From the NCBI GenBank assembly GCA_026770705.1, contig JANJGN010000025.1, positions 11,594,001-11,658,000 on the forward strand: a stretch of 64,000 bases of DNA, in the 5' to 3' direction. Position numbers and translations under genes: made by a program. The stretch comes from Isurus oxyrinchus (Eukaryota). This document shows, in pieces, positions 60,668-64,000 of the stretch (the stretch's first letter is position 1; every line of letters starts with the position of its first letter). A model generated the notes under the pieces. It was not told the DNA's origin. It saw nothing but the letters and a program-made list of their open reading frames with translations, and did not search any database.

Positions 60668-62885
60668 GTGAGTAGTGGAGAAAATAAGTTTTTAAAACCA
60701 AGCATTCAGTGACCACCTTCATAATGGCAGCACATAATCATTCCCAACATTTCTGTGAAGGTTCTGTACCTGCAGCAATGTTTAAAATGGTCCGGGTTTT
60801 TCCTGATATGTCGTAGCAAATGAAAGTATTATGCTACATTATTGGTGTAGAATGCCAATGTAAATTTTTTATGCTAAGTCAGCAACTACAGCAATAATGT
60901 GCCCTTAGACTTGTACCCTAATGCTTCGATTTCTACCTATTCTTCCCATGGCAGGTGATTGAATTTCTTCCTTTTTCCCCTGCCCCGTCCCTCCCATCAT
61001 CACCTCCACACCTGTTCATGTAGCTGCCTTTCGCAGCTGGAAACTGTTTCACAGGCATTGGCATTGCGTCCTCTGATTTATCCCCAGAGCAGCCATATTA
61101 CTTGCGTAGAGTTAGACCATGTGTGCTTTGACTGCTAGAAGCCTGGCTGACTTATCTTCCCTCTTTTTCTTAGCGGAAGAAGGTGCTGAGGCCATTTGAT
61201 TACCCTGATTAAGATCCACTTCCTCAACACAGGCGGAGATCAAGCGTTAGACCTCCAGCCTCTACAATAGAATTGACATTGTGTAATTCAGATAATTGAA
61301 CTGTCATCGTGAACTTTATTTTGTGTGTTGAGACAAAGAGCAGCTGAAGTTGGTTCTTAACCCATGTTGATCATTCCTGAATCAGATAATTAAACACAGA
61401 TTTCACAATGGTTTCTCATTTGAAGATATACTAATCCACCAGCAAGTTTACAATCCTCCTCCTCCTTCTCCTCCTCCTCCTCCCCTCTTCCAGTAGGTAC
61501 AGCATTCAAGGCATTATGCAAGTCATCCTTTGGTGGGTGACTAGTTGTTTGAGTGAGTCATAAATGGAACATGTCCAAGGGAAGGGAGTGAAAGCTCTTA
61601 ATGGAAGACAAGAAACATCTTATGCTTAGTAATACAGTTCTACTCTGAAGCTCCTCCTCACTGTGAAATGTATGGGACACTAATAACTTTAATATCTTTT
61701 ATTGATAAGTGCCAATTTGCCTCATTGACACATGGATTTCTGGATCCAATCTGTTTAATGCTTGCCTCATTTTCTTTGTGGCATTTATTTAGCACCTCAG
61801 GGAATCCCAAAGAGCTTCCTGTGCACCAAATTACTTTTGAAGTGCAGTCACTGTTATGTAGTTTACCGTTCTGCACAGATCTGCTTCTTTTACAGTCTGC
61901 CTTTCAGCGAAGTAGTTGGTCGAATTCTTAAGTAATTTTCTGAGGGCTCATCCCATGTCAAGTTCACCTGACCTGCCTGAATCAATGACTGAAGAGTTTA
62001 TTCCCAATCGTGGGGAGAGTTGCTTGTTGGTAAAGTTTTTTTTTAAAAAATCTATCAACTTATGAGTTGGAAGCAAACAGACTGACTTAAAACTGAGTTG
62101 GATTGTAAGATTTTTTTTAAAAACAAGCTGTAGGGAGCGGTAGGATTTGCAATCAGAATTCTGCAAAATTATCTGAAAACTTCAGTCATAAGTTTTAATG
62201 TCACAGCATATGCAATATGTGTAAGGCAATTGTTCAAAGGAGACATGATCACTGTGGAGTCGGATAACTTCTAACCTAAGATACTCTCCAGTAGTAGGTG
62301 AACTGAACAAATCTTTTACTCCACCCGCCCCACCATGATTTGATTTTCCTCTGTTTCACCTCTTTGGGTTTTCCCTTCCCTTTCACACCATGTTGCTCCA
62401 ATTCGTGACTGATTCCTGTGAAGTGTTGTTAATCAGGAAACAGTGGTGCTGCTGGAATGAGACTCCTTATGTGTCAACAGAGTGGCTTGGAGTGTGTAGA
62501 AACCTGAAATGGTGGGAAGTGAGGGGGTGTTGGGGGGTGGGGGTGTGGTGAGTGGGTGGTGGTGGGTGATGAGAGGGGAAAGAAAATGGAGCAGAGTTAA
62601 ACAAGAGCCAGTAATTTGCAACTGGTACATAATATTGATGGACAAGTTTGGCAGTGTACCTAGCTGGAATAGGGGTGATTGGATGTGGGAGGGACCAGTG
62701 TATTACAGGTGCAACACCCCTACAAGCATGCCCGACGGTAGCAAAAAGTTAATCTGTTTAATTGATGTGTGCAGTGCTTGAGATTTGCTGAGACAATAGT
62801 TGGGGCTGGTCTTGGGAGATTGTGTATATGAGTGGAAGAAGAATGGACTGAAAGACTCAATGTAAAACTTTTTCTTTTAAAACAG

Positions 62886-62944
62886 AGCAGTGAAAACTCT
62901 GAGAATGAGACTCCAAGGCGACGAGGGAGAAGAAGAGCCACAAA
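62886..62944 (+). CDS. CHD2: CHD2 exon 5 (SSENSENETPRRRGRRRAT-)
   Basis: Pyrimidine tract with aacAG acceptor and AA|GTgagt donor; 59 nt, phase 0 to 2. Resembles human [20 protein letters not shown]. The gene continues beyond the window. Confidence 0.85.
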
Positions 62945-62959
62945 GTGAGTCTTTTTTAA

Positions 62960-63300
62960 AAAAAAATTGTTCATGGGAAGTGGGCGTTGCTGGCTAGGCC
63001 AGCATTTATTGCCCATCCATAATTGCCCTCATTCAGGCATTTAAGAGTCAACCACATTGCTGTGGGTCTGGAATCACATGTAGGTCAGACCAGGTAAGGA
63101 CAGCAGATTTCCTTCCCTAAAGGACATTAAAACAATCGACAGTGGTTTCATGGTCATCATCAGACTTTTAATTCCAAATTTTTTTTAAAGTCAAATTTCA
63201 CTATCTGCTGTGGTGGGATTCAAACTCGGGTCCCCAGAGCATTACCCTAGGTCTCTGGAATACTAGTCCAATGACAATACCACTATGCCACTGCCTCCCC
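62960..63300 (-). mobile_element. tRNA-derived SINE with CR1-LINE-derived tail (HE1-like)
   Basis: Minus strand begins GGGGAGGCAGTGGCATAGTGG (A box) and has GTTTGAATCC (B box). The tail matches the LINE 3' end (GGATGGGCAATAAATGCTGGCC). Confidence 0.82.
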
Positions 63301-64000
63301 TATGTTTTGTGTTTCAGATATGTGCATGCTGATGTCTTGTGCAGAGTGTATATGATTTCATTGAGTGCTTAGGTCATGCATTAATTTTTAATTTGTGTGT
63401 GTGTAAATTTTGGTAAGGACTGTTGATTCTGTAGAATGGGGCATTTTTAATTATAGGCAGCCAGGGTCTGCATCAAGTGCTTTCAGGTCAAGCACAGGAT
63501 GGGTTAGATGAAGAGAGAAGGCTCCCTATATATTGTCTCATCAACCACTCTGAGATTCAGTTTAGCAGAGGTTAGGTGTAGTGTAACGCTTCCTTACTTC
63601 TTCCTATTTGCACTGTCATTCAGCAGAGGTTAGGTGATATGCTCCCAGCTGCTGTTCAGGAATCAGGCATTAAGAGCTGTATTGAAGCAAGTTTCTGGGA
63701 TGGCTGTACCTTCCTCATGATATTGGTCTAATACTGGGAGCTAAGCATGGCAAGTCCTGGATACAAACTTGTGCATCATCTGCCCTTTGCAAAATGCAAG
63801 GAGCAGTGCTCCAGTAGGCTGTGCTTCCGGCTGACATTTTTCCTGATTTTCCTGGCGCTGAGCAATCTATAATGAAGGGCATTTTGGCTTAGGCATTATA
63901 CGGACAGAAGAAATAGGAGCAGAGGTAGGCCATTCAGCCCCTTCAACCCTGCTCCACCATTCAATAAGATCATGGCTGATGGGTTTGTGATTTGGATTCC

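Noticed and set aside
1-64000. Prokaryotic-type systems (CRISPR, operons), true tRNA or rRNA genes, telomeric repeat arrays
   Set aside because: None seen. The tRNA-like A/B boxes belong to SINE heads.

Overview
Eukaryotic, intron-rich vertebrate DNA, most likely a cartilaginous fish (shark), judged from its CR1/HER1-like LINEs, tRNA-derived SINEs and Penelope-derived repeats. The window holds two tandem + strand genes. The first is the last 11 visible coding exons of CTC1 (CST telomere complex subunit; stop at 28390). The second is the promoter and first five exons of CHD2 (TSS about 32860; conserved ATG at 34022). The main observation is that CTC1 ends only about 4 kb upstream of the CHD2 promoter, in the position and orientation where other vertebrates have the CHD2-repressing lncRNA CHASERR. 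The gap contains a dense ATGG / AAGATG / AAATGGA cluster starting at a splice-acceptor-like site, which resembles the conserved CHASERR terminal-exon motifs. This suggests a protein-coding gene may act as, host, or have given rise to CHASERR (inference). Other points: an in-frame upstream ATG could give CHD2 a 71-aa N-terminal extension depending on acceptor choice; the leader has several uORFs; CHD2 intron 2 has a CRE/CCAAT/YY1 module with a hairpin; the long last CTC1 intron has a candidate alternative terminal exon; and there are degenerate hammerhead motifs. Gene identities come from recalled protein similarity and splice-phase consistency, not from database searches. Repeat boundaries are approximate.
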